From NCBI GenBank assembly GCA_032718475.1, contig JAUCBJ010002829.1, positions 1 through 33,239 of the forward strand: a stretch of 33,239 bases of DNA. The letters are read 5' to 3'. The first letter of the stretch is position 1, and every line of letters starts with the position of its first letter. Below, piece after piece: positions 1 to 10,260 of this stretch. The notes beneath the pieces are model-generated. The model was not told the origin of the DNA. It did no database searches and saw only the letters and a program-made list of their open reading frames with translations. The position numbers and the translations under genes were made by a program. The stretch comes from Nemertoderma westbladi (taxonomy: Eukaryota; Animalia; Xenacoelomorpha).

Positions 1-310
1 ATGCAAACCCCAATGTATTCAACATATCCCCCATGAGACGGTCACAGACGGAGACAGTCCTTTGCTGGGCCCCAACAAATAACGGCCATTTATCGGAAAA
101 TGAATTGTTAACGCACATGTGTCCGCATGTACACGTCTTGCGCAATCTGATGTACGGTAAAATTCTAACTTTCCTTCACCTTAAAAAATAGGAAACCGAG
201 ACCCCGAACCGAACTGAAGCACAACACCCAAAGTAAGTGTGATTGAATTAATCCCTCCTTTGAGCAAGTCATTGACATCGGCTTTCATCGACATTACGTA
301 TTTACATGGA
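1..310 (-). pseudogene. Degenerate HECT E3 ubiquitin ligase C-lobe fragment (G2E3-like)
   Basis: Manual translation of the - strand gives ...ITLTLGVVLQFGSGSRFPIF*GEGKLEFYRTSDCARRVHADTCALTIHFP..., then in another frame ...DRLMGDMLNTLGFA. This matches the HECT pattern L.F.TG...P..GF...L.F...A.TC...L.LP...GF. It has an in-frame stop at 181-183 and a frameshift. Recognised by motif only. Confidence 0.55.
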
Positions 311-363
311 TGTACCGGTACCATGAACTACAGTATAAAGTATACAGTTACCACCCTTTGCAG

Positions 364-914
364 AATTGTCACTCGGGTGATAAATAATTGTCACCCGGGT
401 GACAAATAATTGTCACCCGGGTGATAAATAATTGTCACCCGGGTGATAAATAATTGTCACCCGGGTGACAAATAATTGTCACCCGCGTGACAAATAATTG
501 TCACCCGGGTGATAAATAATTGTCACCCGGGTGATAAATAATTGTCACCCGGATGATAAATAATTGTCACCCGGGTGATAAATAATTGTCACCCGGGTGA
601 TAAATAATTGTCACCCGGGTGATAAATTATTGTCACCCGGGTGACAAATAATTGTCACCCGGGTGACAAATAATTGTCACCCGCGTGACAAATAATTGTC
701 ACCCGGGTGATAAATAATTGTCACCCGGGTGATAAATAATTGTCACCCGGATGATAAATAATTGTCACCCGGGTGATAAATAATTGTCACCCGGGTGATA
801 AATAATTGTCACCCGGGTGATAAATAATTGTCACCCGGGTGATAAATTATTGTCACCCGGGTGACAAATAATTGTCACCCGGGTGATAAATAATTGTCAC
901 CCGGGTGACAAATA
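364..914. repeat. Tandem array of a 22-bp palindromic unit (AATAATTGTCACCCGGGTGAYA), about 25 copies
   Basis: The 22-bp period is read directly. Each unit contains the palindrome TTGTCACCCGGGTGA(C/T)AA, and there are no unique spacers. Confidence 0.97.
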
Positions 915-1344
915 TGAAAAAACTGAAATTAAGTGGCCACAATCAGCCACGGTAGTATACTGTAGTAAATAATTAATAAAGGCATTCTGAAAATTCCGCT
1001 TTCTTCCGCATTTAACTTAATTGAACTTGATATTGAGAATATTTAATAGATAATATAATAATTGTAATATATTTTATTCCAAAATTGTAACATTACTCAA
1101 CGCCGTTACTATTAACAGCGAGTTGTTATTTAGCACTTTTCAACTTTTGAGGACATACAACAGCATTGTATCAGCTAGCCTGTACATTTAGTATTGTATT
1201 TGGTGTTATCCGAAGTAATGTCCCCTTAGTAGTGTTCCGATCCACGCGGCTTTATTTTCACACAGTGGTACCCGTAATATGCTAAGCTTTTGTGGCTCAC
1301 CGCAATTTGTACATTGATCACTCACTCATTATTGTTACAGCTTG

Positions 1345-1390
1345 GTTGTTTAGCAGCAGACATAATGCTGCCATGGTAACTAGATAAACA
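1345..1390. promoter_or_regulatory. Candidate RFX X-box and forkhead motifs upstream of CFAP20DC
   Basis: GCTGCCATGGTAAC at 1367-1380, a weaker GTTGTTTAGCAGC at 1345-1357 and ATAAACA immediately after. RFX and FOXJ1 are the known regulators of ciliary genes. Motif match only. Confidence 0.4.
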
Positions 1391-2944
1391 TGTTTCTTGG
1401 CTAGACGGCAGTTATTTTAAATGTGTGCAAGGAGTGCAACATTCTGACAGTTGATTTACTGTGTTTACGGTACTGGTATGGAAAGTTATGTACCGGTATC
1501 TGGGTAAACAGTAAGTGGTAAGGTGCTGCTTCCATGTGGGATTACGTTTTAGGGTTAGGACTGTAGGATTACACATTAAAGTTTTAATAATGGTCGAAGC
1601 CTTACTTTGACTAGGCCTATCTAACCTGACTAAACTCAAAACTACTGAACCAAATAGGCTAAACCCGTAAAATACTATACAGCAAGCCGTCATTAGCAGA
1701 CTAGCTGGCTCTATCACATATGCGGATCTGTGATTAATCTGCCATATCTGTGATTGACAACCAGCTGATCAGCACAACAACAAACCAGCCTTTTTTTTGT
1801 AAGTATGTTAACGGTCAGGACGGTACTGTAGTGAAATTTATAAATAAAAATTAGAAATACCGGTACCGGTATTAAATTTTTGTAATTTTGTCTAAATTTT
1901 TCGATTTGTTAGTTTGGAATTACGAAAGACAGAAAGAGGCAACCCGAACACCGAAGGCCCCTTTGGACTCTCACTGCAGCAGCAGCACTGGTTAGATACA
2001 GGGGAAGGGGACCTTCCTGAATGCCGATGCTGATTTCAGAATTACAACAAATCACACCAAATCAGTAAAACACAACAAAAATTGAAAAGTAAAGGAGCAG
2101 GTTACAGTGGTAGACGAAAGGAACCCAAACAATAAACGATTTGAAAAAATAAAAGAACAGAAAATTGCTGTCTGTCAGTCAGTCAGTCTGTAACTACTTA
2201 TAGACTTAACACTTGCTGACTTGTCACAGGCCACAGCCTGACAGCCACGAGCCACCCCTACGAAACGAACCACGCCCCATACAGCCATATTTTCCAGAAT
2301 TATGAATAGTACCGGTACCGGGTACCAGAACCGAACCAATGAACGCCAGCCTTTGCCGATAGGCCATTTCAGCGCCAGGTCGACTGTTCAGCCAAATACT
2401 GAAATATGAACAGAGCAACAGGACAGACAGATTGTCATCCCGTTCCCATAGTATGAAAGCTAGGCCTATCTGCCTACTGTGTACTGATGTCGCGGTACGG
2501 CGGTAGCCATAAAAAGAAACAATGGAATGATGGAATGCATGTTTACTTTAGATACGGTACCGACTACCGGCTAACTCTGTAACTGGTAGGCCTACAGTCT
2601 ATTTGTTACATATATATATTAGCCCATAGCCTAGCAGCCTACAGCCTAGTGCTGTAGTATTTCATTAAATTTACAGTCTGACAGTACCGGTAATAAATAT
2701 TAGGCCTCTATTAAGGTAGGCGTCCGTTTGTCTACCGTACCTACAGATGCAACGCAACATTTCAAAGGTACCGCCAGACCGTGCTGCCGTAAGCCGTGCT
2801 ATACAGCTATAGGCGTATGATTTTACAATACAGAGTACCTGTTCCAGGTACCGGTATAACCCAATGCAGCAATGTTTAAGATATAAAAGTATATGCCAAC
2901 GGTTTGACCGGTAAGTCTGTAAGTGTTCAAATTATTATTTCATT

Positions 2945-3337
2945 ATGTTCAAAAGTGAGTTTCAAGGCGGTGCATATGTTGAGATATTTACAGCTCAGGG
3001 AAAGGATCCTCTAGCCAAGTGGAAGCTATCTGGTGTTGCCTCTTCATTTAAGAAACAGTACGAAAGGCAAGTCAAGAGTTTTATATTTGTTGTGGATGGC
3101 TCAACATCCGTAACTAAAATCATCCTCCCCAAAGACCCCAAAAAAACTCTGCGTTTGACGCAACGGTTCCTCGGCTTTCAGATATTCGTGGCCGTCGGTC
3201 ATGATTTCTCCATCGAGTTGGCGGTGACAGACTTGGGTAACAATAAGAAGCGAATCTTCCTCTCGACCGCGCATCGCGACACCACCGCTACGCCTCTCCA
3301 TTGCAGAGTTCCGCTCACCTGCATAAAGAGATCGATT
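2945..3337 (+). CDS. CFAP20DC: CFAP20 domain-containing protein (C3orf67-like), coding exon 1
   Basis: MFKSEFQGGAYVEIFTAQGKDP...TDLGNNKKRIFLSTAH...TPLH closely resembles the CFAP20DC N-terminus. The exon has 131 codons and ends at donor GTGAGT (3338), phase 0. Confidence 0.93.
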
Positions 3338-3945
3338 GTGAGTCGTTCCTTAATCTAGCTTCTAAGATCACGTCTTTATAAATGTTATCTAGATGTACTC
3401 GACAGTGTAGTAAGCCTATCCATTTATATTTACTACTAATTCTCAATATTCTGGCCTCTGCATAATTTTATAATAATTTATAAAGCATGCATGATTTATT
3501 TAAGACTTACAATACAAACCTAGGCACCACCTAACTCCAGATGTTTATTCTAAATCTGGACCTACTTAACTTAGATTGTAGTAGAGTTAAGCAGCTTCGC
3601 CTTAACCATCTGCATAAAGTGTATATAGTATAATAGTATGTGCCTCAATTACCTTAACGAACAATTAAACAGAGTGCGTGAGACACACTCTTACAGTATA
3701 AAGTACTGTATACCGTACCGCATATAAAAAATATAATAATAGGTCATTACTTATATAACCCGCTTTTCCGTTGGTGTATTGTTTAGAAACAAATCCATGT
3801 CAAATTACCTCAGTTAGATATTTTCGTAGCGACTAGCAGACTAGTACTCACGCCTCCATTCGTCCTGTTACTATAACTATTGACTCAATATATTCGATAT
3901 TAGATTTTGTTATGTTATCGTCTCATACGTGTTTATTTTTTCCAG

Positions 3946-4105
3946 TGGTTGAATCTCGTTTTGGATTTAATGTCGTTGGTTCAGGAGGGATTCCGGGGGC
4001 CGGGATTCAAGTCCTTGGAGTCTATCAGCATATCGTCGAGTTGCAAACTTCGGAAAGTCTTCACTTTACGGTCTCCGCCTCCAGACGAAGACTTCGGAGA
4101 TGATA
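3946..4105 (+). CDS. CFAP20DC: CFAP20DC coding exon 2
   Basis: Acceptor TTTTTTCCAG; encodes WLNLVLDL...FKSLESISISSSCKLRKVFTL (end of the CFA20 domain); donor GTAAGT, phase 1. Confidence 0.92.
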
Positions 4106-4537
4106 GTAAGTGGTTGCTACTGTAGGGGTATGGAAGCCGGTAGTCTATCCAATAGTCGCCATTAAGTGGTTAAAATCAAATCTAGTACATAAGACTGGAA
4201 ATACTTAAGAATACAAGACCTTGTATAATATTATATATTAAATAGATTAATTTTCTACAGAAAACCACCTAATATACTAGTGGCGGGGGTACCGACAGGA
4301 ATCTACCTTTTAGATAGCCTTTAGCTAAGCGTTAGCCAACTACTAATGTCCACTCAGTTAGCAATTGAAGTACCCAACAGTATTTAGAAAGTAACAAAAC
4401 AGTATTTAGAATCACAGACAATAAGCGAATTGCTAGACTTCATAACTCGGCCCAGTAGTCCCAATGGTAATGGTTCGAAGATCATCCACGATATAGTTCA
4501 GTAAACCTATGTGGCTCGATCAATTGCCTGTATTTTT

Positions 4538-4663
4538 ATTATTGGTGTTATGGCTTAATGGGTGAATGAGTGGTTTCATACTGTTAAAACTTTTAATAAT
4601 ATGTTATGCCCCTAATATGTTTATTGTTATATGAAACAACTCATAAGCCATAACACCAATAAT
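4538..4663. repeat. Small inverted-repeat element (MITE-like remnant)
   Basis: ATTATTGGTGTTATGGCTTA (4538-4557) pairs with TAAGCCATAACACCAATAAT (4644-4663). An inner pair ATGAGTGGTTTCATA / TATGAAACAACTCAT is also present. Confidence 0.7.
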
Positions 4664-4921
4664 GCATATTTCACTATGGGTGTAAATATCCTGTATAAAT
4701 TAGTAGTTAGACTTAGAGTGTATAATTAATCATTGTGGCCGTGATGGTTCATGGTTAATATACACTACCCTTTCATTGTAGCGAGTGGTTAAAGACGGCC
4801 AAGTACTGTAGGGTTGAGCACAGTGGCAGCATATGATGGTATTGACAGTTGGGAGGCCATGAGGAGGTAAATTGCGGACATACAAGGTATCAGATAGTAT
4901 TTCCAGGTCTATCTTTTACCT

Positions 4922-5135
4922 GAGCCGCTAGCTGAATGGTTAGAGCGTCAGACTTCCAACCTGGAGGTCACCAGTTCGATCCCACCTGGACGTCATTGCC
5001 GACTTTGCAAAGCTGTTCTCAATAAAAGTTATAATAGCCAGTTTGGTCATTGGTAATGGATAGCAGCATCATAACTTTGTGGCTCGGCCATTTAGCCCTT
5101 ATCATAATGCTAATGTATTAAGCAATAAAGAAACC
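4922..5135 (+). mobile_element. tRNA-derived SINE (degenerate tRNA-like head)
   Basis: Pol III A box TAGCTGAATGG (4929) and B box GTTCGATCC (4974) at tRNA spacing. The acceptor and T stems do not pair. The body ends in AATAAAGAAA. The 3' boundary is approximate. Confidence 0.65.
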
Positions 5136-5430
5136 TTTGGTTTCGTATGGATTTTGAAAACGTTGAAACACACGACATGTTTCCAAATTATTTGATCAAT
5201 AGGCCTATATAAAGAATAGGGACATACCGTCCCTATTCTTGGCTTGGCTAAGGAGGCCTAAATAATCAGGGGTCATCCATAAATGACGTCACGCTGGACA
5301 GGGGGGGTTTGGTATTTCGTGACGATTTGTGACGAGGGGGAGGGGGGGTGTCCGCAATATCGTGACGTCACATTATAAGTTTCCGATAAAATTACTGTAT
5401 ATATATTAAATACATAATGTGTATACTTGT

Positions 5431-6703
5431 ATACGAGAAAGGCATTTCCTAAAGGAAATGCAACCACGAAGCTAAGGAAAATTAAACAAACGGCCACACT
5501 TTGGTTCGTTGCTTAGCCTAGTTTAGTAGCAATTGTCAATAATTAACTTCTATTCCCATGGAAACTAGAGTTCTCTGGAACTGTTGGTTTTACCTTTGAA
5601 AAAAAATTCAGTACAGATTGTGGTTCAGATAACACATATACTGAGTTTCCGAAAATATTGTAGTTTATGTCCAAATTACCGATTTTCTATCAAAATGCAT
5701 CTGTTTGCAGTGGTTGTCATGGAAACTGAAAAATAGAACAATGTAATTCGGATGCAGAATAAGTCATATAGTGGGGGTAGGGGTTAGTCCCAAGTCATAA
5801 TACTATTAACTTGTGCTTTAAATTATCATTTTATAAATTTTAACATCTGTTTAGACTTGTTGCTATGGTAACTGTATTTTCTAATTAACCTCAAACGGCT
5901 TGTATATGGACCTTATAGATGAGTTGCAAAACCCCAAGTTTAAATACAATACAGTTTTGCTACAAATAGAGTTATCAATATAGATTTGAATGATATAGAG
6001 TTTAATAAACTACAGTTACCGTGGTAACTAAATTTCTGGAATAATTTAAGTTTCACTAAAAGTTCCAACTAGTGGTCCAGATAACACACCCAGTTTTGTA
6101 AAATTTTATCGTGAAGTCTATGTCCAAATGATTAAGTTTTGAATAAAAACATCTGTTTTCAGCGGTTGTCATGGTAACTGAAAAATAGAACAATGTAATT
6201 CGGATGCAGAATAAGTTATATAGTGGGGGTAGGGGTTGGTCCCAAGTCATAACACCTTAACCTTAGGCTTCAAATTAACATTTTATAAATTTTAACATCT
6301 GTCTAGCCCGGTTGCCAAGGTAACTGGATTTTCTATTTAACCTCAATCGGCTCTGCTATGGACCTTATAGTTGTGTTGAGAAACCCCAAGTTTATATCTA
6401 TTATAGTTTTCCTACAAATAGAGTTTTAAATATTGACTTGAATACATAGACTTTTTTCTAAGTCCGTTGCCATGGAAACCAGATATTTTCCTGGATATGA
6501 GACCCAGCCCAAAAGATGCGCCTCGACGAGTAGTATATACATGCAAAATTTCAGGGTACTTTTAAAGGCTAGTTTTTTCACCGGTCAAAAAAACCAAATC
6601 TGCTCCATACAAGTAAAATAGCCCCACTATGAATAGACCATCTCAGCTAAGGAAAATCGTTCTTAGCGAAAGTAGTTGATTTTCTTCAGCTTCGTGGACT
6701 AGT
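5431..6703 (-). mobile_element. Helentron/DINE-like non-autonomous element, copy 1
   Basis: Subterminal inverted repeat CCACGAAGCTAAGGAAAAT / ATTTTCTTCAGCTTCGTGG, terminal hairpin GCATTTCC-TAAA-GGAAATGC, and internal diverged monomers of about 150 bp. The class is inferred from structure. Confidence 0.7.
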
Positions 6704-6878
6704 AAACGTGTATACTATTAACGTGTTTACTATTAAACTATTACCTCTTCCAATGATAACCATTAAAATCTTACCTTACGTCCTCTACTGCCCTTCCATA
6801 ATTGGTAAAATTAGAGAGCGTGTTTGTAAAGAACGTCACCTTTACTTTGCATCGAAAGTTTTACTAAAAATTGTATAT

Positions 6879-8140
6879 ATACGAGAAAGGCATTTCCTAA
6901 AGGAAATGCAACCACGAAGCTAAGGAAAATTAAACAAACGGCCACACTTTGGTTCGTTGCTTAGCCTCGTTTAGTAGCAATTGTCAATAATTAACTTCTA
7001 TTCCCATGGAAACTAGAGTTCTCTGGAACTGTTGCTTTAACCTTTGAAAAAAAATTCAGTACAGATTGTGGTTCAGATAACACATATACTGAGTTTCAGA
7101 AAATATTGTAGTTTATGTCCAGATTACCGATTTTCTATCAAATTGCATCTGTTTGCAGTGGTTGTCATGGAAACTGAAAAATAGAACAATGTAATTCGGA
7201 TGCAGAATAAGTCATATTGTGGGGGTAGGGGTTAGTCCCAAGTCATAATACTATTAACTTGTGCTTCAAATTATCATTTCATAAATTTTAACATCTGTTT
7301 AGACTTGTTGCTATGGTAACTGTATTTTCTAATTAACCTCAAACGGCTTGGATATGGATCTTATAGATGAGTTGCAAAACCCCAAGTTTATATATATTAC
7401 AGTTTTGCTACAAATAGAGTTATCAATATAGATTTGAATGATATAGAGTTTAATAAACTACAGTTACCATGGTAACTAAATTTCTGGAATAATTTAAGTT
7501 TCACTAAAAGTTCCAACTCGTGGTCCAGATAACACATAGCTAGTTTTGTAAAATTTTATCGTGAAGTCTATGTCCAAATGAATAAGTTTTGAATAAAAAC
7601 ATCTGTTTTCAGCGGTTGTCATGGTAACTGAAAAATAGAACAATGTAATTCGGATGCAGAATAAGTTATATAGTGAGGGTAGGGGTTGGTCCCAAGTCAT
7701 AACACCTTGCCCTTAGGCCTCAAATTAACATTTTATAAATTTTAACATCTGTTTATCCCGGTTGCCAAGGTAACTGGATTTTCTATTTAGCCTCAATCGG
7801 ATCTGCTATGGACCTTATAGTTGTGTTGCGAAACCCCAAGTTTATATCTATTATAGTTTTCCTACAAATAGAGTTATAAATATTGACTTGAAATACATAG
7901 ACTTTTTTTGAAGTCCGTTGCCATGGAAACCAGATTTTTCCTGGATCCGGCCCAAAAGATGCGCCTCGTCGAGTAGTATATACATGCAAAATTTCAGGGT
8001 ACTTTTAAAGGCTAGTTTTTGCTGGACTTAAAAAAAAACTAATCTGCCCCATACAAGTAAAATAGCCCACTATGAATAGACCATCTCAGCTAAGGAAAAT
8101 CTTTCTTAGCGAAAGTAGTTGATTTTCCTTAGCTTCGTGG
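6879..8140 (-). mobile_element. Helentron/DINE-like element, copy 2
   Basis: Near-identical to 5431-6703 over its full length, with the same hairpin and subterminal inverted repeats. Confidence 0.7.
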
Positions 8141-8144
8141 ATAA

Positions 8145-9076
8145 TGGGGGTAGGTCTTGGTCCCAAGTCATATTACTATTAACTTGTGTTTCAAATTATC
8201 ATTTTATAAATTTTAACATCTGTTTTGTCTTATTGCTATGGTAATTGGATTGTGTAACTAACCTCGAATGGATTGTATATGGACCTTACAGATGAGTTGC
8301 AAAACCCCAAATTTATATTTATTACATTATTTTTCTACAAATAGAGTATTGCATTTAGACTTGAATGATATAGACTTTAATAAACTCCAGTTACCATGGT
8401 AACAAGATATTTCTGGAATGTTTTGAGTTTCACTAAAAGTTCCAACTAGTGCTCCAGATAACACATATCCAGTTTCGTAAAATTTTATCGCGAAGTCTAT
8501 GTCCAAATGAGTAATTTTTGTATAAAAACATCTGTTTTCAGCGGTTGTCATGGCAACTGCAAAATAGAACAATCAAATTCGGACGCAGAATAAGTTATAT
8601 AGTGGGGGTAGGGGTTGGTCCCAAGTCATAACACATTAACCTTAGGCTTCAAATTAACATTTTATAAATTTTAACATCTGTTTAGCCTGGTTGCCAAGGT
8701 AACTGGATTTTCTATTTAACTTCAATCGGCTCTGCTATGGACCTTATAGTTGAGTTGTGAAACCCCAAGTTTATATCTATTATAGTATTCCTACAAATAG
8801 AGTTATAAATATTGACTTGAAATACATAGACTTTTTTCTATGTCCGTTGCCATGGAAACCAGATTTTTCCTGGATATGAGACCCAGCCCACACGATGCGC
8901 CTCGACGAGTAGTACATACATGCAAAATTTCAGGGTACTTTTAAAGGCTAGTTTTGGCTGGACTTAAAAAACCCCAAATCTGCCTCACACAAGTAAAATA
9001 GCCCACTATGAATAGACCATCTCAGCTAAGGAAAATCTTTCTTAGCGAAAGTAGTTGATTTTCCTTAGCTTCGTGG
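8145..9076 (-). mobile_element. Helentron/DINE-like element, partial copy 3 joined head-to-tail to copy 2
   Basis: Starts mid-monomer and ends with the same GATTTTCCTTAGCTTCGTGG. It lacks the hairpin end. Confidence 0.65.
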
Positions 9077-9887
9077 ATTCATCCCTTCATGTTAGCGCCT
9101 TAGCGGTAGTTCCAAAACCCGTTTTGATTATGAATCCCCTGCGAACCCACACCCAGTAGCTGATGTCTCACCAAAGGCCATTATAAGCATGACAGACAGA
9201 CAGAGGTAATAATAATATAAGAGTAAAATCATTTAATTTAATATAGTGTGACGTGACATTGGGGGGGGGGGGGGGGGGGGGTAGCGATTTCGTGACGATT
9301 TGTGACGAGGGGGGGGGGGGGGGGGCGGGGGGTCAAAAATGTATTTAAAAAACGTGACGTCATGTATGGATGGCCCCTAATGATTATTTATATATATAAC
9401 ATTGAATTAAGAATATCTTAAGTAAACTAAAATTTGAAAAATATATGGCGCCCCCTAGCGGCGAGGGATTTTCACTAACTAAAATTTTCACTGAAATCAC
9501 CACTCATCATCCCTTGTTTTACATTTTTATTTTCGAATACCACATTTTTGGAACCAACATGTTCCTTTACATTACATTTTCGGTCACTTTTTGTATTTTC
9601 AGTTTCTGATAATTGGCAAAATATCCAAAAAACAGCATTTTTTTATATTTTTTTCTTTAAAAAAGTTGGAAATATTATGAATTCAAATAATTGTTCTCTG
9701 TCATTTCAATGGCATATTGGATTGGCAGCGCGTGCGATTTTTATTGTACAGTTGCCTCTGTAAAGTCTAGCATATAGATTTAATTATGATAAGTATATAA
9801 TTAGTCTCATCATACTTAGCCTTCCATTAAGATTATTCAACATCTCATATTTCATCCGATTCCGTTCCTTATACCTCTCCTTTTTAG

Positions 9888-10082
9888 TCCCTGTTGATGG
9901 CAGCTTCCGTTCCGGCTCGGAACTAGCCTCCCTGCGACCCCCCACCGTGGAACCCATACCTCGGGCCATACAGTTCCCGCACGAGGTCTTACACAGCGAT
10001 CAGCTGATTAATATGGCGCGATTGCGAACCGGTGATGGTCGATCTGCAAAGAGCGAATCGAGGTCTACCGATACCGCCGACT
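9888..10082 (+). CDS. CFAP20DC: CFAP20DC coding exon 3
   Basis: Acceptor CTCCTTTTTAG and donor GTAAGT; 195 nt, phase 1/1, open frame. EPIPRAIQFPHEVLHSDQLINMARLR resembles the IPR..Q...V.H..QL.NM..LR segment of CFAP20DC. Confidence 0.85.
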
Positions 10083-10260
10083 GTAAGTTACACTGTTAGT
10101 CGGATTTGATGGTCTGACATAATAGTTGGTAGTATTTTTCATGGTTTCCGTTGTAAATTGTCTGTTTAATTAATTTTTTAGGCCGCCAGAGTTTCTATTC
10201 TTAGTATATAGTTAGTAGTAGTGTAGTACCATAAAAACCGAAGTGTACGGTTGGAGAGAG

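Larger units (their letters stand above)
5269..9377. mobile_element. Non-autonomous DNA transposon with GGGG termini (Zator- or PIF/Harbinger-like) hosting nested insertions
   Basis: The left TIR GGGGTCATCCATAAATGACGTCACG pairs with the right CGTGACGTCATGTATGGATGGCCCC. Flanks are TCA and TAA (an imperfect TWA-type TSD). The subterminal repeat GTGACGATTTGTGACGAGGGG occurs at both ends. Confidence 0.8.

Noticed and set aside
364-914. CRISPR array
   Set aside because: The palindromic repeats are contiguous with no unique spacers, there are no cas genes, and the context is eukaryotic.
4781-4868. Extra CFAP20DC exon
   Set aside because: Splice-like signals are present, but the phase-1 frame hits a stop within four codons.
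4922-4995. Functional tRNA gene
   Set aside because: A and B boxes are present, but the acceptor and T stems do not pair, so it is better explained as a SINE head.
6056-8572. Similar short ORFs (MTWDQPLP..., MFYFAV...)
   Set aside because: They are chance frames in repeated transposon monomers with no recognisable domain.
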